DNA of 64,000 nt from Octopus sinensis (GCF_006345805.1 NC_042997.1:144150001-144214000); one strand, 5' to 3'. Positions 13,188 to 26,749 are shown, counted from the first letter of the stretch. Numbers and translations are program-made. Notes: generated by a model not told the origin, from the letters alone.

Positions 13188-13833
13188 AACACACACAAAC
13201 ATACACACAAACACACACTATCACAAGCATACCATTATCGAACACCACAACTACACACACATACACACACATACACTCTCATAACTACGCTATCACTTAC
13301 ATAACATCACCAAATCCTATAATCATGCACACACACAAACAACACATACTACCACATACACACCATCACACAAACATACCATCACCAAAGCCATTAGCGC
13401 ACAGACACCCCTCTACTTACACACGCACAGATTAATAAATACGTTATATGTGAGCGGTAAAATGCGATGGAGTTGGCGGATGATCTGCTTGACGAGAACA
13501 GCTATGATCAGTATCAAGTATAAAATTATTCAAATGGCTACATTAGAATGTACTAAGTCATAGACGTAAAGTAGGGAAGTAATACTCAAGGTGTTGTTTC
13601 TGTTGTTGTTGTTGTTGTTGTTGTTGCTGTTATCACCGTTCTTTTTATAGCTGTTGATGGCGGTGATGTTGTTTTGTTAAGATGGGAAATGGCTGTGCAA
13701 GGAATGGTTATTAGAAAATTATACAAATAAGGATAGTCTGCTTCGGTTCCAATGTCGATCATAGTAATCAATGGCGTGGGAGCTAAGACTTGCCGATGGA
13801 TGTTCTTTGATGAGGATTGAAAATGTAATCTAG

Positions 13834-13906
<73 letters not shown>

Positions 13907-14050
13907 CGGGAGAGAGGGATAGAGAGTGCGGGCATGTTTGTGTGTATATATGAAAGCACGTATGTATGCATTTATGCATACATGCATATATGTATATATA
14001 TATATATATGTATATATATGTGTGTGTGAGTGTGTGTATAATGCACACAC

Positions 14051-14102
<52 letters not shown>

Positions 14103-14109
14103 TTGCATA

Positions 14110-14360
<251 letters not shown>

Positions 14361-14646
14361 ATTGATAGAGTTTTGATACATCAGAAAAACAGGTACTCAT
14401 ATATTAAGTAATAGAGTGAGTTTGTTATTTAAACTGTATTGCAAATTTAGTCTCACGGCGGCCGATTGATGTTATGGAACAGTTTCGTAGTAAAAAACCG
14501 TCCAAGCGGGGAAAAGTTAATTAGCAATCATCAGCTATGGTTGAAAGAAAAGATGTATATCATTATAAAATTACGTATGATTTAAAAGGCAATTGGTACA
14601 TTGAGATCGAGCTGTCTGGTGGTCTTTCTGCATACTAAATTAACAC

Positions 14647-14782
14647 CTTGAGTAATATTTTGGACTTGATAGATGGCCTTGTCAAGTGAAACGATCGTTT
14701 TGCCAGGTTTTGAATCAAAGAATATAGACTCTACGCTTGCAACATATATTTGAGTACAAAATTGGAAAGAAATCCTCTTCGA
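14647..14782 (-). CDS. Possible coding exon of the unidentified host gene
   Basis: CAG acceptor; open phase-0 frame SKRISFQFCTQIYVASVESIFFDSKPGKTIVSLDKAIYQVQNITQ; AAG/GT donor. Confidence 0.25.
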
Positions 14783-14818
14783 CTGAACGAAATTCTACGA
14801 ATATAATAAGACATACAA

Positions 14819-14861
<43 letters not shown>

Positions 14862-14929
14862 TATGAATGCCTGCAAGCATAATTACATATATGCACATAA
14901 ACATACATACACAAACGTATATAGGCGCT

Positions 14930-15405
14930 GTCGTCGATGTGTGGTAAAAAGTTTGCTCTCCAGCCACATGGTTCCGTGTTCAATCCCACAGCGTAATACC
15001 TTGAGCAAGTGTCTTTTACTATATCGTCGGGCCAACCAAAGTTTTGTGAATAGATTTGGTGGACGGAAACTGAAAGAAGCCTGTCGTGTAAACACACACA
15101 CTCAAACACATATATATAATACTATATTATATTATATCATATATATTATATTATATTATATTATATTATATTACATGTATGTATATATCTATGCGTATAT
15201 CTTAGTGTTTGTCTTCCACCATCTCTTAACTGCCAATGTTGTTTTTTTGCGTCTCCATGACTTAGCATTTCGGTAAAAGAGACCGATAGAATACGTACCA
15301 GGTTTGTAAAAATAAGTAGTGGAGTCGATTTGTTTCACTAAAACCCTTCAGTGTGGTACCCCAGCTTGGCCGCAGTCTTATGACCAAAACAAGTATAAGA
15401 TAAAA
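14930..15405 (+). mobile_element. SINE family A, diverged
   Basis: Recognisable head and tail with many substitutions. Confidence 0.75.
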
Positions 15406-15424
15406 AGACATACATAAAAAAATT

Positions 15425-15680
15425 AGTACTCCGTCGGTTACGACGAGTGTTCCAGTTGATCCGATCGATAGAACAGCCTGTTCGTGAAATTAACGTGCAA
15501 ATGGCTGAGCGCTCCACAGACACGTGTACCCTTAACGTAGTTCTCAGGGAGATTCAGCGTGACACAGAATGTGACAAGGCTGGCCCTTTGAATTACAGGC
15601 AAAATTCATTTTTGCCAGCTGAGTGGATTGGAGTAAGATGAAATAAATTGTCTTGTCCAAGGACGCAATGCGCCGCCATT
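15425..15680 (-). mobile_element. SINE family D (tRNA head; tail ...CGTCGTAACCGACGGAGT), partial
   Basis: Same sequence as 42597-42785 and 50315-50625. Confidence 0.75.
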
Positions 15681-16974
15681 GTGAGTCGTCAATGCGATTG
15701 TGAGTCGGAGTGGAAATAGTGAAGAGTGACAGAATTCAAAATTATCCCAATGATTTGAATTCCAGTGCCAGGCATTTACGACAGTAAGTAATCTTCGCCG
15801 AGAAAAGATTTGGTGTTATCCATGCTATAGACTAGGGGTTCTCAACCGGGTTCCATATGGCCCCTGAGGGTGCACATAATTTTTTTTTTTTTTTTTTTTT
15901 GGTTGGGGTCCAACCTAACAAAATAGTAAATTATGGATCTACGATATTTTAAGAGTTCCTGGAAAAAAAAATTGCTTTAGATGTATGTATAGTAGACTGG
16001 CATGTTTAGCTGAATTACGTTTCTTTGCTGGTAAACGCCACCAGGTAGCGTCGCATCTGACACCTATATATTCCAGTGGTTGTGATTTTCTCTCTCTTTC
16101 TCTCTCTCTCTCACTGCTAAGACGCCAAAAAGATCAGATCTCTCTTTCTCACTGCTAAGACACCAAGAAACACAAATCTCTCTCTCACTCTCTCTCTCAG
16201 TCTCTCTCTCTCTCTCTTTCTCTCTCTCTGTCTGTCTGTCTGTCTCTCCCTCTGTCTGTCTCTCCCTTTCTCTTTCTCCCTCTCTTTGCTTCCGCCAGGA
16301 CAGCATGCACGAGGTACATTATTATTTCTCTGACCACATATTCAGCAACGCATACTTGTTATTTACAAAACGTTTTGCTTAAGCTGTGTTGTTAACTCCA
16401 GTACTTGCCATGAACTCTCTATGTGAGTATTGTATACATTTTGACTAATACACTACAGCTCATTGCTTCCACTCACGACAATAACAAATGCGTTAATGTT
16501 AAAATGATGTCTCATTTCCTTATTGCATTCTTCACACCAAAATTAGTGGTAACATTTTCTTATTTACACCAACCAGTAAACAAGTATTGGTATGAATTAC
16601 AAGAAACATCTAGGTTTCTTTCTCTAACGTTTTAACATAGTTCAACCTACACGACTTAATGCGTACAAAACGAAATAGGAATTTTCAAAGAAATTTCTAT
16701 AGAATTAGTAATAAAAGGGGTCATAGATAAAAAGAATGGTTGAGAATTCCTGCTATAGACCATCAAATTTGTAGAATAAATAAAAATCGGACTAAACCAG
16801 TGAAGTCTTCTGGGGAGATCGTAAACTACGATCCCCGACGGATGCGATACAAATAAAACTGAGATGGACAAAGTGCCGTTACACGAACGAGCAGTCACTG
16901 TTTATAAACATGCATGCATAAATACACACACACACAAACACATACGTACGTACATTGTATATATATATATAGAG

Positions 16975-17062
<88 letters not shown>

Positions 17063-17195
17063 TGATAGATATCCGATATAGGCAAATCGAAGTTGAAAAT
17101 AACAAATAACTAAACAACAAAAGTCAGAAGTCAAAGGAACGTACACATAGAGTGTATTATTTTTACGCTCAGTAAAGGTGGAAAAAAGAGTAGGT

Positions 17196-17230
17196 GTATA
17201 ATGTTTCGAGCATGGCTCTTCGTTAGAAAG
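17196..17230 (-). ncRNA. Degenerate minimal hammerhead (GAGC/GCTC family)
   Basis: CTTT-CTAACGA-A-GAGC-CAT-GCTC-GAA-ACAT-T; G5A lesion in the core. Confidence 0.5.
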
Positions 17231-18363
17231 AGGAGAATGGAACGGTCTGAGGAATGAAAAAGAAATCCACGAAAAGCACGTGTGTTTACATGGCTCTCTC
17301 TCACTCTCTCTCTCTCTCACTCTTTCACTCTCTCTCACGCACACACAAACACATGGCCAACTGCTGTACTGTTTCCATCGACTAAATTTCACTGACAAGT
17401 TATCGATCAATTTGAGGGCATATGAAATGAAAAAATGCTTACCGAGGATGTCCTGCGGTGGGATCATATACGAAATTACGTAGTTGCAAAACGAACTCTT
17501 TAAGTATATATTCATACCTCGGTCGATGGAAATATTTTAATCAAGGGTTTATCGCTAGCGTTAAACAAGTTTATTACGAACTTGTATTAAAATCAAATTT
17601 GCTTTAACGCATGCCAATTAGTATTTTGCCAGAACGAGAATCTGCTTGGAATTAAAATAACCTGTTTCTATCAATAGTAAACTCAATTTCTTAAATACAA
17701 TTTCGGATTTATTCTTGCCAAAAGAAATCATTTTTGATTGAGTTACGTTATTAAAAAATAAAACGCAAGTCAGAATGTTAACCTTTAAGGATTTTGAAGC
17801 AGCAACACTGGCAACTAAAAAGATATTAAACATAACGCCATCAAGAGCCCCTCCGTGACATACACGTAGGGTTTTCGGTCTTGATGATAAAAGATTGGAA
17901 TCTTAAGAAGCTGACAAGTCTCATAGAGAGTATTTGATGTACGTTCTTTGAATAGAGAACATAAAAGTCAAGTAAAGTAACATCAGTTGACTGACATTTT
18001 TGCTGTGGTTACCATACTGCAAGCATTTAAATGCACGCATGTATGTATGCATGCTTGCATGCGTGCGTGCATGTATGTGCATTTGTATGTATGTATGTAT
18101 GTATGTATGTATGTATGTATGTATGTATTTATGTGCAATTGTATGTTTAGAGTGATTGGGAGGTAAATCTATATAACCTGACAATTAAAGAATAAACATA
18201 TATTGGCATTATTAATATCTTAATCCCTTTCCAACCAAATTTCAAACTGTGCATCACGCCATTCAGTTTTCTATTTCTGTCTAACGTTTCGTTTTGTCAA
18301 TCTAGATTTGTCAAAGTTTGTATCTGGAAGTTCTACAAATCTTCTTCATGTATGAAGACTCAC

Positions 18364-18490
18364 AACTGGCTGAATCAATAAGGTACTGGGCAACCTGACA
18401 TGATGTCGTTCAAGCGTTCTTTGCTCGACTCCACCAACAAACATTGAGTCTAAATCCATGGCGGAGACGTTTAACAAGTAATGTTGCAAA
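18364..18490 (-). CDS. Candidate coding exon of the unidentified host gene
   Basis: TAG acceptor, GTGAGT donor, 127 nt; open frame LQHYLLNVSAMDLDSMFVGGVEQRTLERHHVRLPSTLLIQPV in non-repetitive DNA. Confidence 0.45.
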
Positions 18491-19589
18491 CTACATAACC
18501 GTAAATAGACATATGAAAGGTCGGAGCAGCTCACTGCTGTAAAGAACGATAACTCTTACAAACTTATTCAGTGGAGGAATCACAAGGTGGTCGTTCATTC
18601 TGCTAGAAATACCAACGAAATCTTCCTTGAATCACACACTTCCAGTTTGAAAAAAAGGGCAGGGTCAAGAACACATTGTACAATGCATTCTTAGATGAAT
18701 AATACAGGATGGTCCAAGTTAAAATGCCTTTGGTAATTGAACTACTAGATTAGGGTTGACCTGCAACTAATAAAAAAACAACATCTTAAAGACAAATGGA
18801 CTCTGTAGAGTTGAGACGTTCTCGCCACTCTATATGAAAATTTTGTGTTCAGTGGTACACCATGGCCTCATCAGGTTTAGGTTTCGTCACCACATTTGTT
18901 TATTTATCTTATTTCATATTGTAATTAGTGAGCAATAGTGTCGTAGATTTCAGGTGTCCAACTGAGCATCACTGGTTCACTGCGCTTTTGTGGTGAGACC
19001 GACAAAGATGCATGTGTAACTTGTTGCTGAACAAATATCACAAGGGTATTTATTCGAAAAATATCTACTTTCCGTTTATCTCGGTGATATTTGCATACAG
19101 TATATACATGTACATAGATACACACATATTGTACGTAGATACGTACGTATGTACATACATACACACATACATACATACATACATACATACATACACATAC
19201 ATACATACATACATACATACATACATACATACATGATGGCCGTCCACTCGTGACCGAGGAAGACCATTGCCGACCTTTAGGAACATTGTGCGCTCTAGGA
19301 CTAACTTATATTTTGCATTTGCGGCTCCGTTGGTGGCTAATGAGCCCTGCTCTTGACATACATACATACATACATACATACATACATACATACATACATA
19401 CACACATACATACACACATACATACACACATACACACATACATTCATACATACATAATTCATACATACATACATACATACATACATACATACATACATAC
19501 ATACATACATACATGCAATGCTACAAGTATCTTGGCATTGATGAAAATATATCATACCAAAGTACTGTGAATAAAGATAAAGTGACCTT

Positions 19590-20405
19590 TATTACACCAG
19601 ACTAAGAAAAATATGGCAGTCCGGACTCTCCCCTTGCAATACGACAATATCCCACAATACATTTGCTGTACCAATGCTGATTCCGACATTTGGGATACTT
19701 GACTGGTCTGTAGAAGAAATCCACTTCAAAGATATTAAAACTCGCAAGACTCTATCATCAACTGGAAATCGCCACAAAAATAGTGGCTCTACCTAAAAAG
19801 TGATAAAGGAGGTAGGGGCTTGAGATCAGTGCAGACATCCTTCGAATGTCGTATAGTTTCTCTCAGACAACATTTGCTAAAGAACAGCAGCAAAAATAAA
19901 TACATTAACTTGAAAAGTGAAGCAAACAATATCCTATGTGTTTGGAAGTGAGCTCCTCAGGAAGTACTCTCTTCTTGGTGACCCCCTCCCCATACAACCC
20001 CAAATCAGCTAGACAAGCATACTTCCAAGACAGTATGGAACTGAAACGCTCATAACAAAGATGACCATGCATAGGTATGTTTCTCGTAGACTTGAAGAAA
20101 ATACGTTGACATGAAGCGAAGACTCTTTTGGACTCGTGATCGCTATATGACATTACACTTCGAAGGCGATGGATTTGCAATCCAAGAACAGGAGATTACT
20201 ACTAAATACCTAATCAACAAAAGAGACAGTGAAGTCTGTGGAGTTCCAAAATGCAACCGTAATGCAGATTATGTCATATTTCTTGGGAAGACATCATACA
20301 TCTGATTAGCAACGGCTCCAAAATGTTGCGTAGGAAGGTATACCGTCCTATCAACATTAAGTCGCAAAACCAATATATGATGCCATTCAGAAAAAAGACT
20401 GTCCT
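19590..20405 (+). pseudogene. R4/Dong-like (RLE-type) non-LTR retrotransposon fragment (post-RT region and CCHC)
   Basis: YYTRLRKIWQSGL..NTFAVPMLIPTFGILDW..KTRK, KGGRGL, FAIQEQEITTKYL, CRLC..EDIIHLIS, VAKPIYDAIQKKDCP; frameshifted. Confidence 0.8.
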
Positions 20406-20469
20406 GGAATAAAAATAGAGAATCTTAAGTCGCAAAACCAATATATAATGCCGTTCAGAAAAAAGACTG

Positions 20470-20937
20470 TAGATGTGGAAAGGAGAATTTCCAAGTGGAA
20501 GGGATTAGTAAGGGTGAAGCTGCCCAGGGAGGATTTCAAGAAGGAGGAAGGGTGTGTACTATTGAATGTCGATAGATACGACACGTTCAGAAAATCATAT
20601 GCAAGGTATATTACTTCATTTGACGGGCCGGTGTGGTTTGATGCCCCACCACCCGTAATTGAACTTATAGAGTTGAAAACTTTTTTAAAATATGAACATT
20701 ATAAAAATAATGAAGATATAGGCGCAAGAGTGGCTTATAGGCGCAGGAGTGGCTGTGTGGTAAGTAGCTTGCTAACCAACCACATGGTTCCGGGTTCAGT
20801 CCTACTACGAGGCACCTTGGGCGAGTGTGTTCTGCTATAGCCTCGGACCGACCAAAACCTTATGAGTTGATTTGGTAGATGGAAACTGAAAGAAGCCCGT
20901 CGTATATATATATATATATGTGCGTGTTTGTGTGTGC

Positions 20938-20973
<36 letters not shown>

Positions 20974-21420
20974 GTGTTTGTCCCCCACCATCGCTTGACA
21001 ACCGATGCTGGTGTGTTTACATCCCCGCAACTTAGCGGTTCGGCAAAAGAAACTGATAGAATAAGTACTAGGCTTACAAAGAATAAGTCCTAGGGTAGAT
21101 TTCTTTGACTAAAGGCGGTGCTCCAGCATGGCAGCAGTCAAATGACTGAAACAAGTAAAAGAATATGAACTTTTTAAATTATAAAAAAAAGAGTAAAAAA
21201 AACATCCAAAATAACGTCTAAATGTAACCACTCGACTTCGGGTGTCGAGTGGACATTGTGCCTCATTTTATCATTTTCATATTTTCATATTTTCATTCTT
21301 TTTATTTTTTCTTCCTCACTCGATTTCTTTCTGTATTTTTATTTCCCCTGTTGTGCGTTTTATATTGTTTTTGTAATGTATAACCTCTATTTTTAGCTCT
21401 TTGTGGGTAATAATTATTTA
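20470..21420 (+). mobile_element. 5'-truncated ORF1-only retroelement copy 1, interrupted by a SINE
   Basis: Coding tail (VERRISKWKGLVRVKLPREDF) and 3' UTR with hairpin CCACTCGAC/GTCGAGTGG repeated in 22235-22734. Confidence 0.7.
20738..21165 (+). mobile_element. SINE family A inserted in the ORF1-only element
   Basis: Full head, microsatellite and tail. Confidence 0.9.
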
Positions 21421-21436
21421 AGGACGTTGGTGTTGC

Positions 21437-22734
21437 AGACTAACAACTTGTTTGTTTGAGTTCTGAGTTTCGTCATTCTTGACCACGGTTTTGGATTGTT
21501 GTTGCATGTTTTCTCTTCGAGACTGTGACGCTCTTGCCCACATACAGGGGCAGGCGAAGTGTACGCATTCGCATTGGAAGTGTGCTACCAGAAATAAAGC
21601 CAGCGTAGTTGATAGCAGCTGTTATGGCTACCACCAAGGAGAATCCCGAAATAGTATCAGTGGGAAAAATCAAGTTGAACTGTTGGGGGTACGGCGTCGG
21701 GATGTGGCTTTTTGCCACTTTGAAGGACATCGAAAGAGTCTTCTACCAGATAGAAATTCCGGGAGAGAGTTCCTTCAAAGTGATTGTTGAAGGACGAAGA
21801 CCAAATTACTATGAGTGTGGAACAAGGGGCCACATGAAGACGCAGTGCTCCAGGCATAAGCCTCCTCAAAGTGTGAAGGCTGTGGAGAGGGACCAAGAAG
21901 CAGTTGAAACCAAAGTACCAAGTGACTCAATAACGGACGGAGACAGCAAAAGTGATATAGAGTGTGCCAGGGATACGGAAGAGGTGGAGTCAAAGAAAGG
22001 CAAAACGAAAGCGAAAAGTGAGGGGAGTGACGGGTTTGTCAGACCCAAAAGGAAGGAAAAGGTGACAACAAAGGAACACTCTGAAAGACTAGCAACAGAA
22101 CCAGATAAGACACCCAAAAAAGGTAAGGAGCCGCCTATATTTAAACACATTGAGACGATTGAAACAGAACCAAAGGATCGGGAATCAGTAGAGGGACTGA
22201 AGAGCAGCTTTTGAAAAATTATGCATTTGTAGTTTACTAGGGTAAGAATGTGGACGTGGAAAAAAGGATTTCCAAGTGGAAGGGTTTAATAAGGGTGAAA
22301 CTACCCAGGGAGGATTTCACGGATGGACAAAAGTGTGTATTATTGAACGAAGATAGATACAACACGTTTATAAAAACATATGCAAAGTATATATTTTCAA
22401 TTGGGGTTTGATACCCTACCACCCATAATTCAGCATAAAGACTTGGAAAGTTAAAAAAATATTTTAAAATATGAACATTTAAAAATGAAGATGTGAACTT
22501 GTAAAAGAAAAAAAAAACTGTTCAAAAAATAGTGTCTAAATGTAACCACTCGACTTCGATGGTCGAGTGGACATTGCGCCTCATTTTATCATTTTCAAAT
22601 TTTCATTCATTCCGTTTTATTTTTTCTTCTTCACTCGATTTCTTTCTGTATTTTTATTTCCCCGATTATGTGTCCTGTATTGTTTTGTAATGTCCCATAT
22701 ATATTTGGCCCCTTGTGAGTAATAAAAAAAAATC
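21437..22734 (+). mobile_element. ORF1(gag-knuckle)-only retroelement copy 2 (Tx1/L1-ORF1-like), degenerate
   Basis: ORF 21609-22214 with VIVEGRRPNYYECGTRGHMKTQC (CCHC knuckle, first Cys mutated) and a K/E-rich linker; no RT; A-rich 3' end; bounded on both sides by AGGACGTTGGTGTTGC. Confidence 0.7.
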
Positions 22735-22834
22735 AGGACGTTGGTGTTGCCTTGGCGCAGGTTTGCACTCTCTGAGAGCTCTTCTTAGAAATATGGATCA
22801 AGCTTGATTCTATGGTTTAACCTCTTTATGTTTT

Positions 22835-23190
22835 CATGTTTTATCTTTTACTTGTTTCAGTCATTGTTCTGCTGCTAAGCTGGGTCACCGCTTTGAATGG
22901 TTTCAGTTGAACATATCGAGTCCAATGCTTATTTTAAAGTCTAGTACTTAATATCGGTCTCAGCTGCCGAACCTAGTGGTTACACAGACGAAGAGAAACC
23001 AACACCGGATGTCAAGCAGTAGGATGAATGGACAAACACACACACGCACGCACACGTACACGCACACACATACGCACACATATATACTACGAGCTTCCAC
23101 ACAGTTTCTGCTTACCAAATTCATTCACAAGTCTTTGGTCGGTTCGAGGCTAAAGTAAAAGTCAATTGTCCAATGTGCCGCACTGTACGA
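22835..23190 (-). mobile_element. SINE family A, diverged
   Basis: Reverse-complement tail and head recognisable. Confidence 0.7.
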
Positions 23191-23847
23191 GTGTGCTTTA
23201 TCTCTTAATATAAATCTCTGGTGATGTTTCTGATAGCAGAAATGCTTCATTCGTGAAAGAGATAATGAAAAATTAATGAAAAGGCACATTTTATTTACTT
23301 CCATCAGCAAATGTTAAAACAAACCATAATGTTGTGTCATGGATTGATAATATGCCATCATATCTTGACGGTTTTATCGGGTAGAGGTTATAAAGCGTCC
23401 GATAGAATGACATGCAGTATTTGTTCCAGTTGTCTACTGTTTCAGTTCAAATCATGCTGAGGTCAACCTTACTTTTCATCCTTTTGGGATCAATAAATAA
23501 ATAGTCAGCCCAGAACGATGGATGGGTGTGGAATTGTTAGATAGTCGGACGAGGACGAGACACATTGCGTTATCTGTAGCCACATTTTGCAAGTTGACTG
23601 CAACGACGCTCCAATGAGGACGGTGCCAAGCTGTACCGGCCGTTTGTCTTTTATTAGAACAATATCGGTAGCATAGAGAGCGGGGTTGTATGCATGGGCA
23701 GCTATTAGCCTTCTTTCGAAAGAACTTCGCACATTGGAGAAGAACCTCCCAGTTGCAAATCCATAGTATCAAAAACCATGTACCGTGCCTCGGGGCTTCA
23801 AATTCTGTTGTTGTGCTTCGTTGTGACAGGCGATGTTTCTTGCTCAC

Positions 23848-23898
23848 TTTTTCGATCTTGTGTAGCCCATCCGCTCCAAGTCTGATAACATCCGATTT
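23848..23898 (-). CDS. Candidate 51-nt coding exon
   Basis: Pyrimidine tract plus AAG acceptor, GTGAGC donor; frame NRMLSDLERMGYTRSK is phase-compatible with both neighbouring exons. Confidence 0.35.
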
Positions 23899-24251
23899 CT
23901 TCCAGAAAGAGAGAAATTGACATATACATTAGAAGAGAGAAAGGGATGGGGAAATCGATTCCACTTCCGCTACATTACTTGCCAACCTATAAAAAATGAA
24001 AAGTAAAATCGACCTTCGTAGAATTTAAACCTAGAAAATAGGAGTGCATTATGTAAGAGAATCTATCCGACGACTTTAACAACTCATCCACTCTGTACAA
24101 GATTCGAATTTTTAACAAACCTTTCATTATAATAAACATGTCTTTTTTTTTTCTAGAATATGTGGCGAAACCAGATGACAAAATGTTTTGTGGTACATTA
24201 AGGTGTGACTCTGAAATCTGAATTTCAGTTCTGCTGAGGTCGACTTTGCAT

Positions 24252-24470
24252 TTTCTCCTCAGAAGGCTGGGTCGGGTGTGTACAAGTAACAGCTGTGTGT
24301 TTGATTTAATCAACAATACTCCTCGAAGGATGGGTCGGTATTGTACAATAAGAACCAGCAGTGCGTTTGATTTAATCAACAATACTCCTCGAAGGATGGG
24401 TAGGGTTTGTACAGTAAGAACCAGCAGTGCTTTTGATTTAATCAACAATATTCCTCGATTAACAATTATG
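24252..24470. repeat. 66-bp minisatellite, about 3.3 copies
   Basis: Unit CTCCTCGAAGGATGGGTCGGTATTGTACAATAAGAACCAGCAGTGCGTTTGATTTAATCAACAATA. Confidence 0.9.
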
Positions 24471-24529
24471 AGTAGAAACCAATAAACATATTTTATGTGC
24501 CATTACTGTTACCATATCCTTTTCTACTC

Positions 24530-24740
24530 TTGGCACAAGGCCCGAAATTTTTAGGGAGTGAACCAGTCGATTAGATTGACTCCAGTACGCGACTGGTAAT
24601 TAATTTATCGACCCCGAAAGGATGAACGGCAAAGTCGACCTCGGCGGAATTTGAACTCAGATCGTAAAGAAAGACGCAATATCGCTAAGCATTTCGCCCG
24701 GCACGGCATGCTAACGTTTCTGCCAGCTCGCCGCCTTAAT
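24530..24740 (-). mobile_element. tRNA-derived SINE family B
   Basis: Reverse complement of GGCGGCGAGCTGGCAGAAACGTTAGC...GAGTTCAAATTCCGCCGAGGTCGACTTTGCCGTTCATCCTTTCGGGGTCGATAAATTA. Confidence 0.85.
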
Positions 24741-24913
24741 ACTGTTACCATATCATAATGTTGATTACGTTAAATAACCTTGACTTCCATATGATTACAG
24801 GTAGGTTCACCGCCATCAATTCACCGCAGAGAAGTTCATCGCCATCAATTCACCGTGAGGAAAGTTTACCAAGAAAATATATTCATAGTATCGTGAAATA
24901 TATTTGTCAATTG

Positions 24914-25399
24914 AATGTGGCTAACCCTTAAGGGTTAATGCTACTATAGCTTGTAGCTCCAGGAAGACATCTCCTCTAGCTGGCTATTGACACACTGTGC
25001 TCTATCAGTATTTGCAAAGGGAAGTCATCGTTCCCATCTCCAGCCTGACGTGATACACATGGACCCGACTTTATGGGTATTGACTCGTCATCACCGTACC
25101 TCGCTCAGGGATTTATTATTGCTTGTTTCCACTTTTTCGAGATCAGTGACTTTTCGTCATTGAAAAAAGTATATATATTTGCATTGAGAATCCATCGCCA
25201 ACCGGTGGTTGTCACACGCTGATGACGGGTCAATACCTAGAAACTTGAGTCCGTGTGTATCATGTCAGGTTGGAGATGGAAACGATGACCTCCCTTTGCA
25301 AATACTGATAGGGCATAGATAGTGTGTCAATAGCCAGCAGGAGATATCTTCCTTGGACTACAAGCTACAGTAGCATTAACCCTTAGGGTTAGCCACATT
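24914..25399. repeat. Diverged inverted duplication with hammerheads at the inner ends
   Basis: Arms about 24914-25095 and 25220-25399, imperfect. Confidence 0.85.
25213..25257 (+). ncRNA. Type I hammerhead ribozyme
   Basis: Stem I CACACG/CGTGTG; core CTGATGA (25219-25225); stem II GGGT-CAAT-ACCT; GAA; stem III ACTTGAGT; GUC triplet with cut after 25251. Confidence 0.85.
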
Positions 25400-25672
25400 G
25401 GAGTGGCAAATATACTTCAAGATGTCGTGCGGCTACTGTTTATACATCGCTCAGAAATTTATTATATTCATAGTATCTCACCATTAATAGTTTTAAACTA
25501 TTTTATTGTAAAAAAAGATGAATTGATGGCGGTGAACTTACCGGCTATGCTTCTGTATAAAGCTAGATTTTCTTAAATGGGTGTGTTTTTTAACGTATTC
25601 ACTCCACAGCAAAATTTGTTTCGTAGACATAGAAAGGCTAAAGAATTTGATCTCAGCAAGTAAATTACGTAC

Positions 25673-25727
25673 CCAAATGAGGAAACCCATTTTATCTGGT
25701 TCGGTACCGTTTCTGCCATTTCACTAT
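25673..25727 (-). CDS. Candidate 55-nt coding exon
   Basis: AAG acceptor, GTACGT donor; SEMAETVPNQIKWVSSFG. Confidence 0.35.
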
Positions 25728-26749
25728 CTTAATGAAACAAATTGTATGCGTCTGTGTATTCTTTAACTTTTTGCTAATGGCACTCAACATGTATAACTTC
25801 TTTCTAATTAATCCTCCACTCTCAATAAAACCCCCCAAAAAACACGCTAAAGAGTAGAGTTGCAATTGTGAGGTTAACAACTTCGTTTCTCAATCAGGTT
25901 GTTGGACATTCGTTTTCATTGTGCAACGCCTTGAGCAACTGCAAGTGTCTTCAAGGAAAGCCTCGAGTTCATTTCAGTGACTACTCTTAGGTTGACGGAG
26001 GCTGTACAGAAACCCGTGTGTGTGTGTGTGTGTGTGTGCGTGCGCGTATAACTGCTGAAACTGTAGCTACTACTTATGACCCGGCAACCATCACATAGAA
26101 ACCAGCTTCCAGTACTATGTGAATTTTATGATAAAAAACATGTGAACGCCCAGAACTGATATCATGAAAATTTAATTTTATTTATTTCAAGTTATTTTCC
26201 CTTCTCTGATAGCATGACTGAATCGTTTGGTAAAACAATTGAAACCGGTAGCATATTTTGATAAAAGTATATACATTTTATTTCTTTTGTCCATGATAAA
26301 TTTCTCAAAAGATTCTCTTGTTGCTTTTAATATACGCGTGTGATGTGTGTGCTCGTGTATATATATATGTACGCACATCATATGTGTGTGTGTGTCTACA
26401 TATATATATGTGTACACGTATAGAAAATTCTCAAAACATAATCAAGCACAGATCTAATAATTACCTTCAAAAGCTATAAAATTCATTATACCGATAATCA
26501 ATACAAATAGAAAAGAATAACAGAATAGATAAACAAGTAACAAAGGGTATCTTATAAAAACTTATATATATATATATTTAAAAGTAGAGAAAATTTGGTT
26601 TCAGCTACAAAAACCCTTTAAGTTGACTTGTGAGTGTGTGTGTGTGTTTATACATACATCGTTGAAATTTACAGAAAAACAAAAGACGAAGACAGGTGTA
26701 TAAACAACAAGCAGATGTATTAGTTTGACGCTCGGAAAGGTGAGAAAGT

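Larger units (their letters stand above)
24798..25544. mobile_element. Non-autonomous DNA transposon (MITE) containing an inserted inverted pair
   Basis: TIRs CAGGTAGGTTCACCGCCATCAATTCA / TGAATTGATGGCGGTGAACTTACCGG; flanks TTA/CTA. Confidence 0.7.

Noticed and set aside
14470-14545. Minus-strand CTGATGA...GAAAC as a hammerhead
   Set aside because: Flanks (CCATAG, CCATAA) cannot pair as stem I, and stem II is unconvincing.
23476-23847. 123-aa minus-strand ORF in unique DNA
   Set aside because: No recognisable motif; a GTGAGC donor at 23847 suggests any exon ends there.
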